Shown piece after piece: positions 15,536 to 24,000 of a stretch of DNA of 24,000 nucleotides. Made by a program: the position numbers and the translations under genes. The stretch's first letter is position 1, and each line of letters starts with the position of its first letter. Source of the DNA: Candidatus Geocrenenecus huangii (GTDB lineage Archaea; Thermoproteota; Nitrososphaeria_A; Caldarchaeales; Wolframiiraptoraceae); contig JALNLM010000002.1 of the NCBI GenBank assembly GCA_023254095.1, positions 1-24,000 on the forward strand, written 5' to 3'. The notes beneath the pieces were generated by a model. It was not told the origin of the DNA. It ran no database searches and saw only the letters and a program-made list of their open reading frames with translations.

Positions 15536-17343
15536 CCTCGCTGGTCTTCATCAAACCTTATCACGAAAGGGATACCCGTCTTCTCCAAGTGTTGGAATAA
15601 GACTATAGCCTCCTCGATTACTTTCCTTCTCCTATATCCTTTAACAATCGATAGATGCCCACCATCGAAATATGAAGCAATCCTAGATTCGAGTAATGCC
15701 CTTTCCTCAATGTTCCTGAATTTTATCATTGGCGGAACCATCAAGTAACTATAATCGCTATTATTCTTGATTTCGTCCAACTCTAATTTATGATATACCG
15801 ACCTAAGCATTCTTCTAGCTGAGGAACTCGGGACCCTAGAAGACATATACAATCTACCCTTCCCGCCTGTATACTTTTTGAGAGAATCAATGAAACATTG
15901 TATGATGTCGGTGAAGAGGGAGAAAGATTCTTTCGAGATTTGTGGACTAACACCATACACGATCTTTACCGCTTCAAATAATCCCCAGATAGAACAGGAG
16001 TAATAGATTTCAGAGATGTATCTCTTACCGTACATTTGTTGGAAAACGCTAGTTCTCTTATTTAGAGCTGAGAGACCGCAGCTAGTTAATTCTTTTATTC
16101 TCTTCAATATGTAGTCTATGTCTCTATTGGATTCCAGGACAATCGATATCAAGTTTACGGAAAAGAATCCGTGGATATCTGAGGAGGCTTTTTCTAGAGG
16201 TAATCGGAGACCGCAGTACAATGAATCATTAGAGTTTGTAACTACGTAAGGGAATCTAAGACTCCTAGCGAGCTCATCGAGTTTAAACAGTTCAGAATAC
16301 GTGGGTTCCTGAACTACGACCACGATTCTTATCTTTCCACTCGGTTCTTCAATCATTTTTCCTAATTCAGAAATTCTAGCATAATTTTTAACAAATTCAT
16401 CGGCTGTTAAAGTTATAGAAAAATATCTCTTCCTCAAGAAGCTTTTAGAAAGTAGGTATCTTAGAAATCTGAAGGTGGCCTCCACTTGTCTCGCCTCCAT
16501 TATTCTCAAGTTTATCTCATGTTTGATATTCATCATTGACGAAGCAACATCTGTAACGACTTCAAGTAGTTCTTCTTCATCGCTTGGTACTTGATAACTT
16601 CTAGCGATCACCCCTGTAAGCCAATTATCCAGAGGATACAGGTCTAGCCTACCCATAAGGTATGTTTCCGCGATATTCCTATTTAGAAAATCTTGTAGAC
16701 AGTATTCTCTCATTATTGATCTCGACGACACTTCAATGAATTCTCTAGGATCTCCCGTACTTGAGATTCTAGATAGATGCTTCGATACATCGTAGATTGG
16801 CATACCTATTCTCGAAAGCTTATGCCTGTATTTTTCAAGTCCCATATCGAGGAGCACCGTGTTGACGAGCTCTCTAATAAGAGGGGCCGTCAGGTATTCT
16901 ATTCTGAGATTGTATAGCTTTTCTTCAACTGTTGAGGCGATCTCTGATGCAAGCCTAGGAGTCACGTTTGCTTCTTTTACGAGCGAGTTTATGATCTTAG
17001 CTTTATCGAATGGCTCAACAATGTTTTCACTTCTCCTGACTATGAGTATCTTCTTGAATCCTAGAGTCTTCTCAAGCTTATCCAAGTATTCGAGTACCGT
17101 TAAACCTATTCTCGATATTTTGTATTTGCCTGTTTCCTTGTTTACTTCTATTAACCTTGAATCTAGAAGTTTTTTCAAATGATATGAGAATTTTCCAGCA
17201 TCCTTATTCTTCTCCATCCCCAATGAATCCATTATCTCCGAGTACCCTGACTCTTTCTTTGAGAGAAGCTTCAGCATCTTTAACCTAGTCGTGGACGAGA
17301 TAGCCCCTAAGATAACATCAATACCTACGCTCGCCTCATTCAA
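15532..17343 (-). CDS. HTH-ATP-cone protein with degenerate anaerobic ribonucleotide reductase-like region
   Basis: N-terminal wHTH (ISSTTRLKMLKLLSKKESGYSEIMDSLGM...FSYHLKKLLDSRLIEVNKETGKYKISRIGLTVLEYL). ATP-cone (ILIVRRSENIVEPFDKAKIINSLVKEANVTPRLASEIASTVEEKL...LIRELVNTVLLDMGLEKYR). Then RNR-like NIAETYLMGRLDLYPLDNWLTGV (compare the NrdD A..HLxGDIHIHDL region). There is no C-terminal glycyl-radical motif, and the protein ends FVIRFDEDQRG. Confidence 0.7.
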   Translation of the reverse strand: MNEASVGIDVILGAISSTTRLKMLKLLSKKESGYSEIMDSLGMEKNKDAGKFSYHLKKLLDSRLIEVNKETGKYKISRIGLTVLEYLDKLEKTLGFKKILIVRRSENIVEPFDKAKIINSLVKEANVTPRLASEIASTVEEKLYNLRIEYLTAPLIRELVNTVLLDMGLEKYRHKLSRIGMPIYDVSKHLSRISSTGDPREFIEVSSRSIMREYCLQDFLNRNIAETYLMGRLDLYPLDNWLTGVIARSYQVPSDEEELLEVVTDVASSMMNIKHEINLRIMEARQVEATFRFLRYLLSKSFLRKRYFSITLTADEFVKNYARISELGKMIEEPSGKIRIVVVVQEPTYSELFKLDELARSLRFPYVVTNSNDSLYCGLRLPLEKASSDIHGFFSVNLISIVLESNRDIDYILKRIKELTSCGLSALNKRTSVFQQMYGKRYISEIYYSCSIWGLFEAVKIVYGVSPQISKESFSLFTDIIQCFIDSLKKYTGGKGRLYMSSRVPSSSARRMLRSVYHKLELDEIKNNSDYSYLMVPPMIKFRNIEERALLESRIASYFDGGHLSIVKGYRRRKVIEEAIVLFQHLEKTGIPFVIRFDEDQRG

Positions 17344-17535
17344 AACAGATCAAAGAAAATCTATGTAGTTGCTCTAAAAATATTGAGCACATAGTCTGAG
17401 CGAATATTATCGAGATAATGCTTAGGTATACTTCCCAAGAATAGATTACTTACATCAAGTATCAAGGGATTTATCAATGTTGTCTCTAGCCCAATAGAGA
17501 ACTTTATAAAGTATTCCAAATCATCATATTGGAGA

Positions 17536-18423
17536 TTGATGCCTGAAACCAAGTTATATAGTAGAGTAAGAGAGATTATTAATGATAAAATCCATGGTTC
17601 AACCACTATTGCTGTCAATCTATTAACTTTCTTATCTGATGAATTAATGTATGTGGACTTGAATAAGGCTATAAGAATTATAGACGAGGTACAGAGAATA
17701 GTGGAGGAAAGATCTTCAATGGTCCTGCCATCCAACCTAATCTATGTCTTGAAGAAGACCATTGAATTATCTTCTTCCATAGAAGAGAAAACCGATATAG
17801 TGAAGATTTCTAAACTGCTTCTCTCATCTTATGTAGAAGACACTACGAAAGCAGTGGAAAACTCAGTAGAAGTTCTTAAAGATTGTAAGAGAATCTTTAC
17901 TTTAAGTTATAGTTCACAGATAACGAGAATACTTGAGAGGACTCCGGCGGTTGAAGTATGTATAACCACTGGCTGGCCTTTGCTAGATGGTTATAGAGCT
18001 TTCAGAGAATTCAGGTCAAAAGGGTTGGGAGCGAAAATCTACCCAGATTCTTCAATATATGAAGCCATATCATCATCGGAGGCCGTTATCCTCGGATGCG
18101 ACGCAGTTCTTATGGATGGCTCATCTGTTAACAGGTCTGGCTCCAAGGCAGTTGCATTGATCTGCCATGATTTATCGATTCCTCTTTACATTGTCTGCGA
18201 TTCTATGAAGCTTGATTTCCGATCTTTTTGGAATCCTGAAACATGGCTGTACACATTTGAAGAGGAAGAAATGCGGTTCCAAGTATTCGAGAAGATAGAA
18301 TCAGGCTACGTCTCCAGCTATATCTCTAACCTAGGCTTCCATACTCCAAGAGTCTTCCTAGATGAAGCTTTAAGAAAAATAGAGAATTACCCGTATGAGC
18401 TTCTACATCGGCAGACACATTGA
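17536..18423 (+). CDS. IF-2B alpha/beta/delta family protein (aIF2B-like / ribose-1,5-bisphosphate isomerase-like)
   Basis: EAVILGCDAVLMDGSSVNRSGSKAVALICHDLSIPLYIVCDSMKLDFR is the family signature (GCDAV..DG...NK.GT...A..A...P.YV). The N-terminal helical region is divergent. Confidence 0.8.
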   Translation: MMPETKLYSRVREIINDKIHGSTTIAVNLLTFLSDELMYVDLNKAIRIIDEVQRIVEERSSMVLPSNLIYVLKKTIELSSSIEEKTDIVKISKLLLSSYVEDTTKAVENSVEVLKDCKRIFTLSYSSQITRILERTPAVEVCITTGWPLLDGYRAFREFRSKGLGAKIYPDSSIYEAISSSEAVILGCDAVLMDGSSVNRSGSKAVALICHDLSIPLYIVCDSMKLDFRSFWNPETWLYTFEEEEMRFQVFEKIESGYVSSYISNLGFHTPRVFLDEALRKIENYPYELLHRQTH

Positions 18424-18505
18424 TGTTATCATAGACTGTTATCCTGTTATATGTCATGTATGTTAGCGTCGGCTTTACCTAAGCACTTCACGAGTATTCC
18501 ATTCT

Positions 18506-19429
18506 TCATGGTTTAGCTCTCCTCTGCCTCTCGGGAACATAGGGTAGAGGTACAAACTCAACGCTTGGACGCATCGCGGTCGGTTGTGGATAAAGCTCCA
18601 TTAGCTTATAGACTTCTTCAGGTATTTCTGTTTTTACATCTATACCGAGCTTCTTGATTTCATCAACTGTCATCGGGTAGTCGTGAGTCCATCTACCTTC
18701 AACCATCGTCCTAGCTAGTTCTCTAGCTTTTTCTTCTCCGAACTTCTCTACAGTCAAGTTGTACACGAGTTGCTCCATCTGGCGTATTGCCTTCTCTGAT
18801 ATGTCTGCTAGAATCAAGTATTCTTCTCTTACCTTCTCTCTTCCCTTCTCATTTACTATTTTAAGTATAGAGGCTGCCGGCAGTATTCCTAGCCTTTGGT
18901 CTGCTATCTGTGGGTCTACAGGTCCGAGAACTGCATTCTGGTCCATCCATATCTCGTCTGCTGCGAGAGCTATTAACGTCCCGCCACTCATAGCGTAGTG
19001 CGGTATTATTGCGATCGTTTTTGCTTTATGTTCCTTAAGTGCTAAAGCTATCTGAGTCGCTGCTAGGACGAGACCACCCGGCGTATGGATTATGAGAGCT
19101 ACAGGCATGTCGGGAGGAGTCATTCTTATAGCTCTTAAAACTTGTTCTGAGTCCTCAATATCTATGTACTTGTAGAATGGGATACCAAATAACCCTATCC
19201 TCTCTTGTCTATGTATTAAAGTGATAATTCTGCACCCAATCTTCTTTTCACATCTCCTCATAAGTTCCATCCTAGCATTTTGTAGAGCCTTAATCCGATA
19301 CTGGGGCCATAGGAAGATAAAAAGGATTAAGAATAACCAAAAAAGGAATCCGAGATCGAGTTCGCCATTCATATTCTTACAGACTTCGAAGAATGATTTA
19401 AGGTTAAAATGATACACTAGCCTTAACAA
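18506..19429 (-). CDS. SDH-type serine protease (ClpP/SppA-superfamily membrane protease)
   Basis: N-terminal TM segment. DMPVALIIHTPGGLVLAATQIALALKEHKAKTIAIIPHYAMSGGTLIALAADEIWMDQNAVLGPVDPQI contains the ClpP-like serine-protease core. Confidence 0.82.
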   Translation of the reverse strand: MLRLVYHFNLKSFFEVCKNMNGELDLGFLFWLFLILFIFLWPQYRIKALQNARMELMRRCEKKIGCRIITLIHRQERIGLFGIPFYKYIDIEDSEQVLRAIRMTPPDMPVALIIHTPGGLVLAATQIALALKEHKAKTIAIIPHYAMSGGTLIALAADEIWMDQNAVLGPVDPQIADQRLGILPAASILKIVNEKGREKVREEYLILADISEKAIRQMEQLVYNLTVEKFGEEKARELARTMVEGRWTHDYPMTVDEIKKLGIDVKTEIPEEVYKLMELYPQPTAMRPSVEFVPLPYVPERQRRAKP

Positions 19430-19467
19430 GGATTCTTATGTTTTCTTCTAAATTATCTGTTTTCAAC

Positions 19468-20070
19468 TTATTCTATGAGGCTATCCCAGAAATCTAATTC
19501 ATATTGCTGGATTGCTTTGGAGATAAACCTATATCTCTCCCAGTCAAGATATCTCTCAGCAATCTTTTCAGCTTTCTCTTCTAACAGATCAAATGGTCCA
19601 GAGAACAAAGTAAAGATTTTCGTAGACTTTATACCTAGGCTTAGAGCGTGTTCTCCGAGCTTTTTAACGTTCTCTCCCCAAACGGGTAAGTTCACTGTCA
19701 ACGCTACCGCAACGTCTCCGGCGGAGCCATTCAACCCAAGCCATGAAAGAAAATGGGTATAGGAGACAGCTTTTATAGAAAGCTTACCATAGTCTAGCCT
19801 AATTCTCAATTCATCTGCTAGATTCTGTAATGCTTTCAATGCTTCGTAATCTCCATCTACAAGCATCTTGAAGAACTCTATTTCATCTGGTAGTATAGAT
19901 CTAGACAATGTGTAGGATAAGGCTTTCAAGTCATGTGGTATAATGTAGAGCTGGTTTTCTACAAACTTGTTTAATACCATTCTACTAGGCTTCTGTAATG
20001 ACTGATGGTTTATTATCTTCTGATTCAAGTCTCTTAATTCTTCCCTAAGTCTCCCGATTATATTGTCCAT
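19468..20070 (-). CDS. TenA-like (TENA/THI-4 fold) protein, paralog 2
   Basis: Helical protein LRIRLDYGKLSIKAVSYTHFLSWLGLNGSAGDVAVALTVNLPVWGENVKKLGEHAL...AEKIAERYLDWERYRFISKAIQQYELDFWDSLIE. Similar in layout to the neighbouring TenA-like gene and to heme-oxygenase-fold proteins. Confidence 0.6.
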   Translation of the reverse strand: MDNIIGRLREELRDLNQKIINHQSLQKPSRMVLNKFVENQLYIIPHDLKALSYTLSRSILPDEIEFFKMLVDGDYEALKALQNLADELRIRLDYGKLSIKAVSYTHFLSWLGLNGSAGDVAVALTVNLPVWGENVKKLGEHALSLGIKSTKIFTLFSGPFDLLEEKAEKIAERYLDWERYRFISKAIQQYELDFWDSLIE

Positions 20071-20774
20071 TCTTCCTCACCATATGCTGCGCTCCAAAAC
20101 ATGTATTCATATTTAGAGGCTAGCTGGAAGTATGGCCACATCTCATCTACTGACAACCTGGATGAATCAACTTCCTCCTTAAACATGTTGACTATCTCCC
20201 GATACTCTTTAGATAGATAAGTCGAGGCCCATTTTCTGTAGAGCGTCGAGGGGTTCGACTCAAGTTTATCTTTATGTCTCTCAGCGATTTCGAGATATGT
20301 CCAGAAACATGGTAGTAGGGCGGCCATAGTGGTGTAGTAATCCGTGGCAAAACTTGTAGAAAGGAGGAAATTCATGTATGCGATATTTGATGGATTAGGA
20401 ATAGTTGATACAGCATCTTCAGTAGTGAGATTGATCTCTGATAAAAGTTTCTCATAATTCTCCATTTCGCCTGTTACGGTCATGTATGCGAGTTGGAGAG
20501 CTCTTCTGCTATGCCTAACACTCGGTGCTTTCGCAGCAACTATACTCAGTACTCTCACCATAGTAACCAGATAGTTATAGTCCTGAAGGATATAGTACTT
20601 GAACTTAGAGAATGGCAGCTTGCCTGTGTAGAGCTCTACTACGAAGGGGTGGTCCAGTATTTTATCCCATAGGTTTGAAGCCTTCTTTCTGAGGATAGAT
20701 GAATTAGTCATCACCATCAAAACGTAAATATCGTAAAAGAAGTATTTTAGAGATTCGCTAAAAGAAGTTTTCAC
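20058..20774 (-). CDS. TenA family protein (thiaminase II-like)
   Basis: ILRKKASNLWDKILDHPFVVELYTGKLPFSKFKYYILQDYNYLVTMVRVLSIVAAKA...FLLSTSFATDYYTTMAALLPCFWTYLEIA...WASTYLSKEYREIVNMFKEEVD. The real start may be MTNSSILRKK at 20711. Confidence 0.85.
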   Translation of the reverse strand: MKTSFSESLKYFFYDIYVLMVMTNSSILRKKASNLWDKILDHPFVVELYTGKLPFSKFKYYILQDYNYLVTMVRVLSIVAAKAPSVRHSRRALQLAYMTVTGEMENYEKLLSEINLTTEDAVSTIPNPSNIAYMNFLLSTSFATDYYTTMAALLPCFWTYLEIAERHKDKLESNPSTLYRKWASTYLSKEYREIVNMFKEEVDSSRLSVDEMWPYFQLASKYEYMFWSAAYGEEEWTI

Positions 20775-22630
20775 TTGAAGCTAGGTCTCCTTGACAATAG
20801 CTTTGGGAGGCTAAGAGGTTTGAAAGGTTTTCCTTCATTATGCTTCTTTACTTCTTCGATTAACTTTTCTAACTTCATGTACTCTATCCTCCCTGATTCT
20901 CTAATCCTTACGGCTAGTTCTCCTCTTTCCTTTTCTCTATCTCCATAGACTACCACATACGGTATCCATTCAGTCTCAGCATCTTTGATCTTCTTATCAA
21001 CTGTTTCCTCCCTATCATCTAGGTCGACTCTAATCTTTTCTCCTTCGATCCTGCTCATGAGATTTAAGCAATCTTCTAAATGCCTTTCAGCAACAGGTAT
21101 TAATCTAACCTGCGTTGGGGAAAGCCATACTGGAAGCATCGGTTTACCTCCTTTTTCCATAGTCATATATGCTTTCTCGAGTAATGCATAGATTACTCTT
21201 TCTATTGCACCGCTTGGAGAACAATGAAGGATGATAGGATGTTTCCTGGCTCCGTCTTCATCTACATAGGTTATACCATATTGTTTAGCATTCTCGATAT
21301 CTATCTGGTCCGTGGATAGGGCTGCGGCCTTCTTCTGGCTGTCGATGAAGTTGAACTCCCACTTCAATATGAAGTAGAAGAATCTTTCCTCCCACATCTC
21401 GGCGAGGACAGGCTTCCCAAAAGTTCTCACCATGTCATAGATGAAATCCTTGTTTTCTTCATAAAATTCTTTTGTAAATCTTATAGCCATCTCTACATCG
21501 TCTCGGGTTAAACCGATTCCCTCAAGTACTTCGAGACTTAGCTTAAGCCTCTTCTTCATTTCTCTCTTAGCTTGTTCTACATCTTTTACAAATGCATGGA
21601 CGTCAGGCATCGTGAATGCTCTAAGTCTTCTAAGCCCTGCTAACTCTCCACTTTTCTCCCTCCTAAAGCTATATCTGGTTAGCTCATAGAGCCAGAAAGG
21701 TAGATGACGATATGATAAAACCATGTCGCTCGCCATCAAGAATTGGCCGAAACATGCTGCGAACCTTAAGAAATATTCTTTATCCTCTGTTTTGATAACG
21801 TATTGCCTTGCAGGAAATCTATGTAGATATTTTTCGAGGCTTGGATGATGCATATCATACATTATCGGGGTCTCAACCTCCACGCCGCCATAATCGATAA
21901 CCTTGGATGTAACGTATTGTTCAAGCAGAGATTTTATCAATCTACCTTTAGCGGGCCACCGCATATTCCCTGGATCACTTCCATTCTCATAATCTGCTAT
22001 CTCAAGCTTCTTCATTAACTGGACGTGTGGAGGCTGCTCCAAAACGGCCCTAGATTTAGCGATCTCATATCGTGTTAAGAATTCAAGGTTGCTGCGACCT
22101 GTAAAGTCGAACTGCTCCACCGGGATCATCCGACCCTCTGGAGTAAGGATAAACCAGTAGGACCTCAATTTTTCCTCCATCAGTAATGCTTTCGATACGG
22201 GTTCTTCTTTTGACCCCTCTCGGGCTCCATAACTCTTCAACTGCTCAGCTAGTGGATGACCTTTAACTGCAATAACCAAACGTTTATTCCAGCCGAATGG
22301 AGCATAATGTACTTCTATGTTGTTTGACGATGCTTCAGTCCTAATCTTATTTAGTATGCCTAATGCTTTATGTGGTGGAGCGAGCTCAGTGCTTAGATGA
22401 GCATACGGGTATATGACTAGCCTTCTTATCTTCATCCTATTCATGAATTCAAGAGAGTCCCTAACAACCTCGCTTGCCAAATCCACGACGTCATCTTTCT
22501 CCACGCATACAAGAAGTAGGAGAGCATCATCTACTCTATATGCCTTTTTTTCCACCTCTTCATAGACTGAGCTCTCCACCTGGATTGGCTCATACTCGAC
22601 AAGATCAACATGTAGTTGAAGTACTTTCAA
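20771..22630 (-). CDS. thrS: threonyl-tRNA synthetase, archaeal type with DTD-like N-terminal editing domain
   Basis: Archaeal editing domain MKVLQLHVDLVEYEP..., core VETPIMYDMHHPSLEKYLHRFPARQYVI, LRFAACFGQFLMASDMVLSYRHLPFWLYELTRYSFRREKSGELAGLRRLRAFTMPDVHAFV, and C-terminal anticodon-binding domain PMLPVWLSPTQVRLIPVAERH. Confidence 0.95.
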   Translation of the reverse strand: MKVLQLHVDLVEYEPIQVESSVYEEVEKKAYRVDDALLLLVCVEKDDVVDLASEVVRDSLEFMNRMKIRRLVIYPYAHLSTELAPPHKALGILNKIRTEASSNNIEVHYAPFGWNKRLVIAVKGHPLAEQLKSYGAREGSKEEPVSKALLMEEKLRSYWFILTPEGRMIPVEQFDFTGRSNLEFLTRYEIAKSRAVLEQPPHVQLMKKLEIADYENGSDPGNMRWPAKGRLIKSLLEQYVTSKVIDYGGVEVETPIMYDMHHPSLEKYLHRFPARQYVIKTEDKEYFLRFAACFGQFLMASDMVLSYRHLPFWLYELTRYSFRREKSGELAGLRRLRAFTMPDVHAFVKDVEQAKREMKKRLKLSLEVLEGIGLTRDDVEMAIRFTKEFYEENKDFIYDMVRTFGKPVLAEMWEERFFYFILKWEFNFIDSQKKAAALSTDQIDIENAKQYGITYVDEDGARKHPIILHCSPSGAIERVIYALLEKAYMTMEKGGKPMLPVWLSPTQVRLIPVAERHLEDCLNLMSRIEGEKIRVDLDDREETVDKKIKDAETEWIPYVVVYGDREKERGELAVRIRESGRIEYMKLEKLIEEVKKHNEGKPFKPLSLPKLLSRRPSFK

Positions 22631-22772
22631 GACTTTACACCTGCGTTAAGATTTTTCAGAGACTACTTTAACCTTTCTCAAAATCTCCAATCTACAGATT
22701 CTCTAAAAACCTTTTCTACGGATGCTTCTCCCTTAATAAATAATAATAAGCAAATGAAAGCATATTCAAAAG

Positions 22773-24000
22773 ATGAAAAGAGATAGACTGATCCCTAAGA
22801 CAATGGCCTCTCAACATCCTGATAATGCTTCTATACCGAAGTGGTGTAAGAACGAGGTTATAGCTGGGGAAGATGAAGTCTACGAAGCATATCATGCCTA
22901 CGTTTTCCTAGGGTGTAGAGAAGCTATGTGGGACGCTGAGGGCAAAGACATAGACCCGCAAGTAGTTAGAAAACTCTTAACAAATTATCCCGAGTACTTC
23001 ATTGAGAATAAACTAGGAGAAGATATATTCTTAACTCTTAGAATTCCTAACCCATTAATAGAAGTAGCTGAGAAGAAGATATTCTTGGAGACTCTTCAAT
23101 CTATACCTAAACATAATGATGTTGCAATGACCTTCTACAACGAGCATCCCCGTAAATCTATCTTCGAAGTAATCCTGCCTTTTACAGTAAGCCATGTTGA
23201 CCTAATTAGAGTTAGGGAGACATATAGGAAAGTCATCGTTGAACCATTTAATGAACAGATAGACTACCAAGGATTAAAATTGAAAGAACTGGTAGGAGAA
23301 GTTTATCCAAAAGAAATAGAAGTTATACCGTTGATTGAGGATATGAACTCCCTGATATCATGTGACGAAATAATAATGAGATATATAGAGCTTGTCTCAC
23401 CAAGCTATCTTAGAGTTTTCCTAGCGAGGTCTGACCCTGCATTAAACTATGGATATGTGGCCGCCACGCTCCTCGCAAAATTAGCTTTATCAAAGCTCTG
23501 GAATATTAGAAACCAGACAGGCATAGACATATACCCTATAATCGGGGCAGGATGCTTACCGTTCAGAGGCCATAACTCTCCCATAAACATCGAGGGGTTC
23601 GTTGAAGAATATAAGGGAACATGGACTGTTACGATTCAGTCTGCATACAGATATGATTACCCTGAGAATGAAGTCGTAGAGGCTGTAAAGAAATTGAACA
23701 ACATGCTACCATACGGTGAGCCTAGAGACCTTACTGAAGTCGAAGAAACCATTGTTAACGTCATTCAGAAATTTTCACGAAAATATCAGGAGACTCTCGA
23801 ATCAGCCATAGACGCTGTAAATTATGTGGCGTCTTTCATCCCACCTCGCAGGAGTAGAAAGCTACACATCGGGTTATATGGATACTCAAGGAGATTGATA
23901 GGAAAATCTCTTCCCCGTGCAATTCCATTTACTGGAGCATTCTACTCTCTCGGGATCCCCCCAGAATTCATAGGCATGAGAGTATTGAAGGGTCTAGGTG
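22773..24000 (+). CDS. ppcA: archaeal-type phosphoenolpyruvate carboxylase (3' end beyond the window)
   Basis: Translated by eye (absent from the ORF track because it is open at the edge): MKRDRLIPKTMASQHPDNASIPKWCKNEVIAGEDEVYEAYHAYVFLGCREAMWDAEGKDIDPQVVRKLL...VFLARSDPALNYGYVAA...YPIIGAGCLPFRGHNSPINIEGFVEEYKGTWTVTIQSAYRYDYP...GLYGYSRRLIGKSLPRAIPFTGAFYSLGIPPEFIGMRVLKGLG. Confidence 0.93.
   Translation, partial: MKRDRLIPKTMASQHPDNASIPKWCKNEVIAGEDEVYEAYHAYVFLGCREAMWDAEGKDIDPQVVRKLLTNYPEYFIENKLGEDIFLTLRIPNPLIEVAEKKIFLETLQSIPKHNDVAMTFYNEHPRKSIFEVILPFTVSHVDLIRVRETYRKVIVEPFNEQIDYQGLKLKELVGEVYPKEIEVIPLIEDMNSLISCDEIIMRYIELVSPSYLRVFLARSDPALNYGYVAATLLAKLALSKLWNIRNQTGIDIYPIIGAGCLPFRGHNSPINIEGFVEEYKGTWTVTIQSAYRYDYPENEVVEAVKKLNNMLPYGEPRDLTEVEETIVNVIQKFSRKYQETLESAIDAVNYVASFIPPRRSRKLHIGLYGYSRRLIGKSLPRAIPFTGAFYSLGIPPEFIGMRVLKGLG

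Noticed and set aside
17361-17735. 124-aa minus-strand hydrophobic ORF
   Set aside because: Half of it overlaps the start of the IF-2B family gene on the opposite strand. No family resemblance was recognised, so it is probably a shadow ORF.
1-24000. CRISPR arrays or a multi-gene defence system
   Set aside because: No regularly spaced direct repeats and no cas, nuclease-helicase, retron or toxin-antitoxin operon were seen. The CPBP protease and the Mrr-like tail are isolated and do not form a supported defence module.

Overview
The window is archaeal chromosomal DNA. Supporting signs are an archaeal-type ThrRS, an archaeal PEP carboxylase, archaeal NAC, an MBF1-like HTH protein, an aIF2B/R15P-isomerase family protein, and a tRNA intron with a bulge-helix-bulge (BHB). 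Most of it is compact housekeeping: hisC, Nudix, thiL, GT2/DPM1-like, a dolichol/phytol-kinase-like CTP transferase, radical SAM, MBF1-like/hflX/PUA/NAC, an SDH-type protease, tandem TenA-like genes, thrS and ppcA (cut off by the right edge). I find no CRISPR array and no convincing new multi-gene defence system. The most notable features are: (1) a 17.3-15.5 kb minus-strand protein that fuses an ArsR-like HTH and an ATP-cone to what looks like a catalytically dead anaerobic ribonucleotide reductase (NrdD) remnant; (2) a roughly 2.5 kb accessory patch bounded by an intron-containing tRNA-Thr(CGT) and a 35/41-nt degenerate copy of its 3' half, carrying an HTH-LAGLIDADG homing endonuclease, a DDE transposase remnant and a GC-richer CPBP-family membrane protease; (3) an MntP-like transporter pseudogene at about 0.9-1.48 kb, readable in one frame through three stops plus a 3' frameshift; (4) a multi-zinc-ribbon protein with a possible Mrr/REase-like C-terminus; and (5) tandem TenA-like paralogs overlapping the 3' end of thrS.
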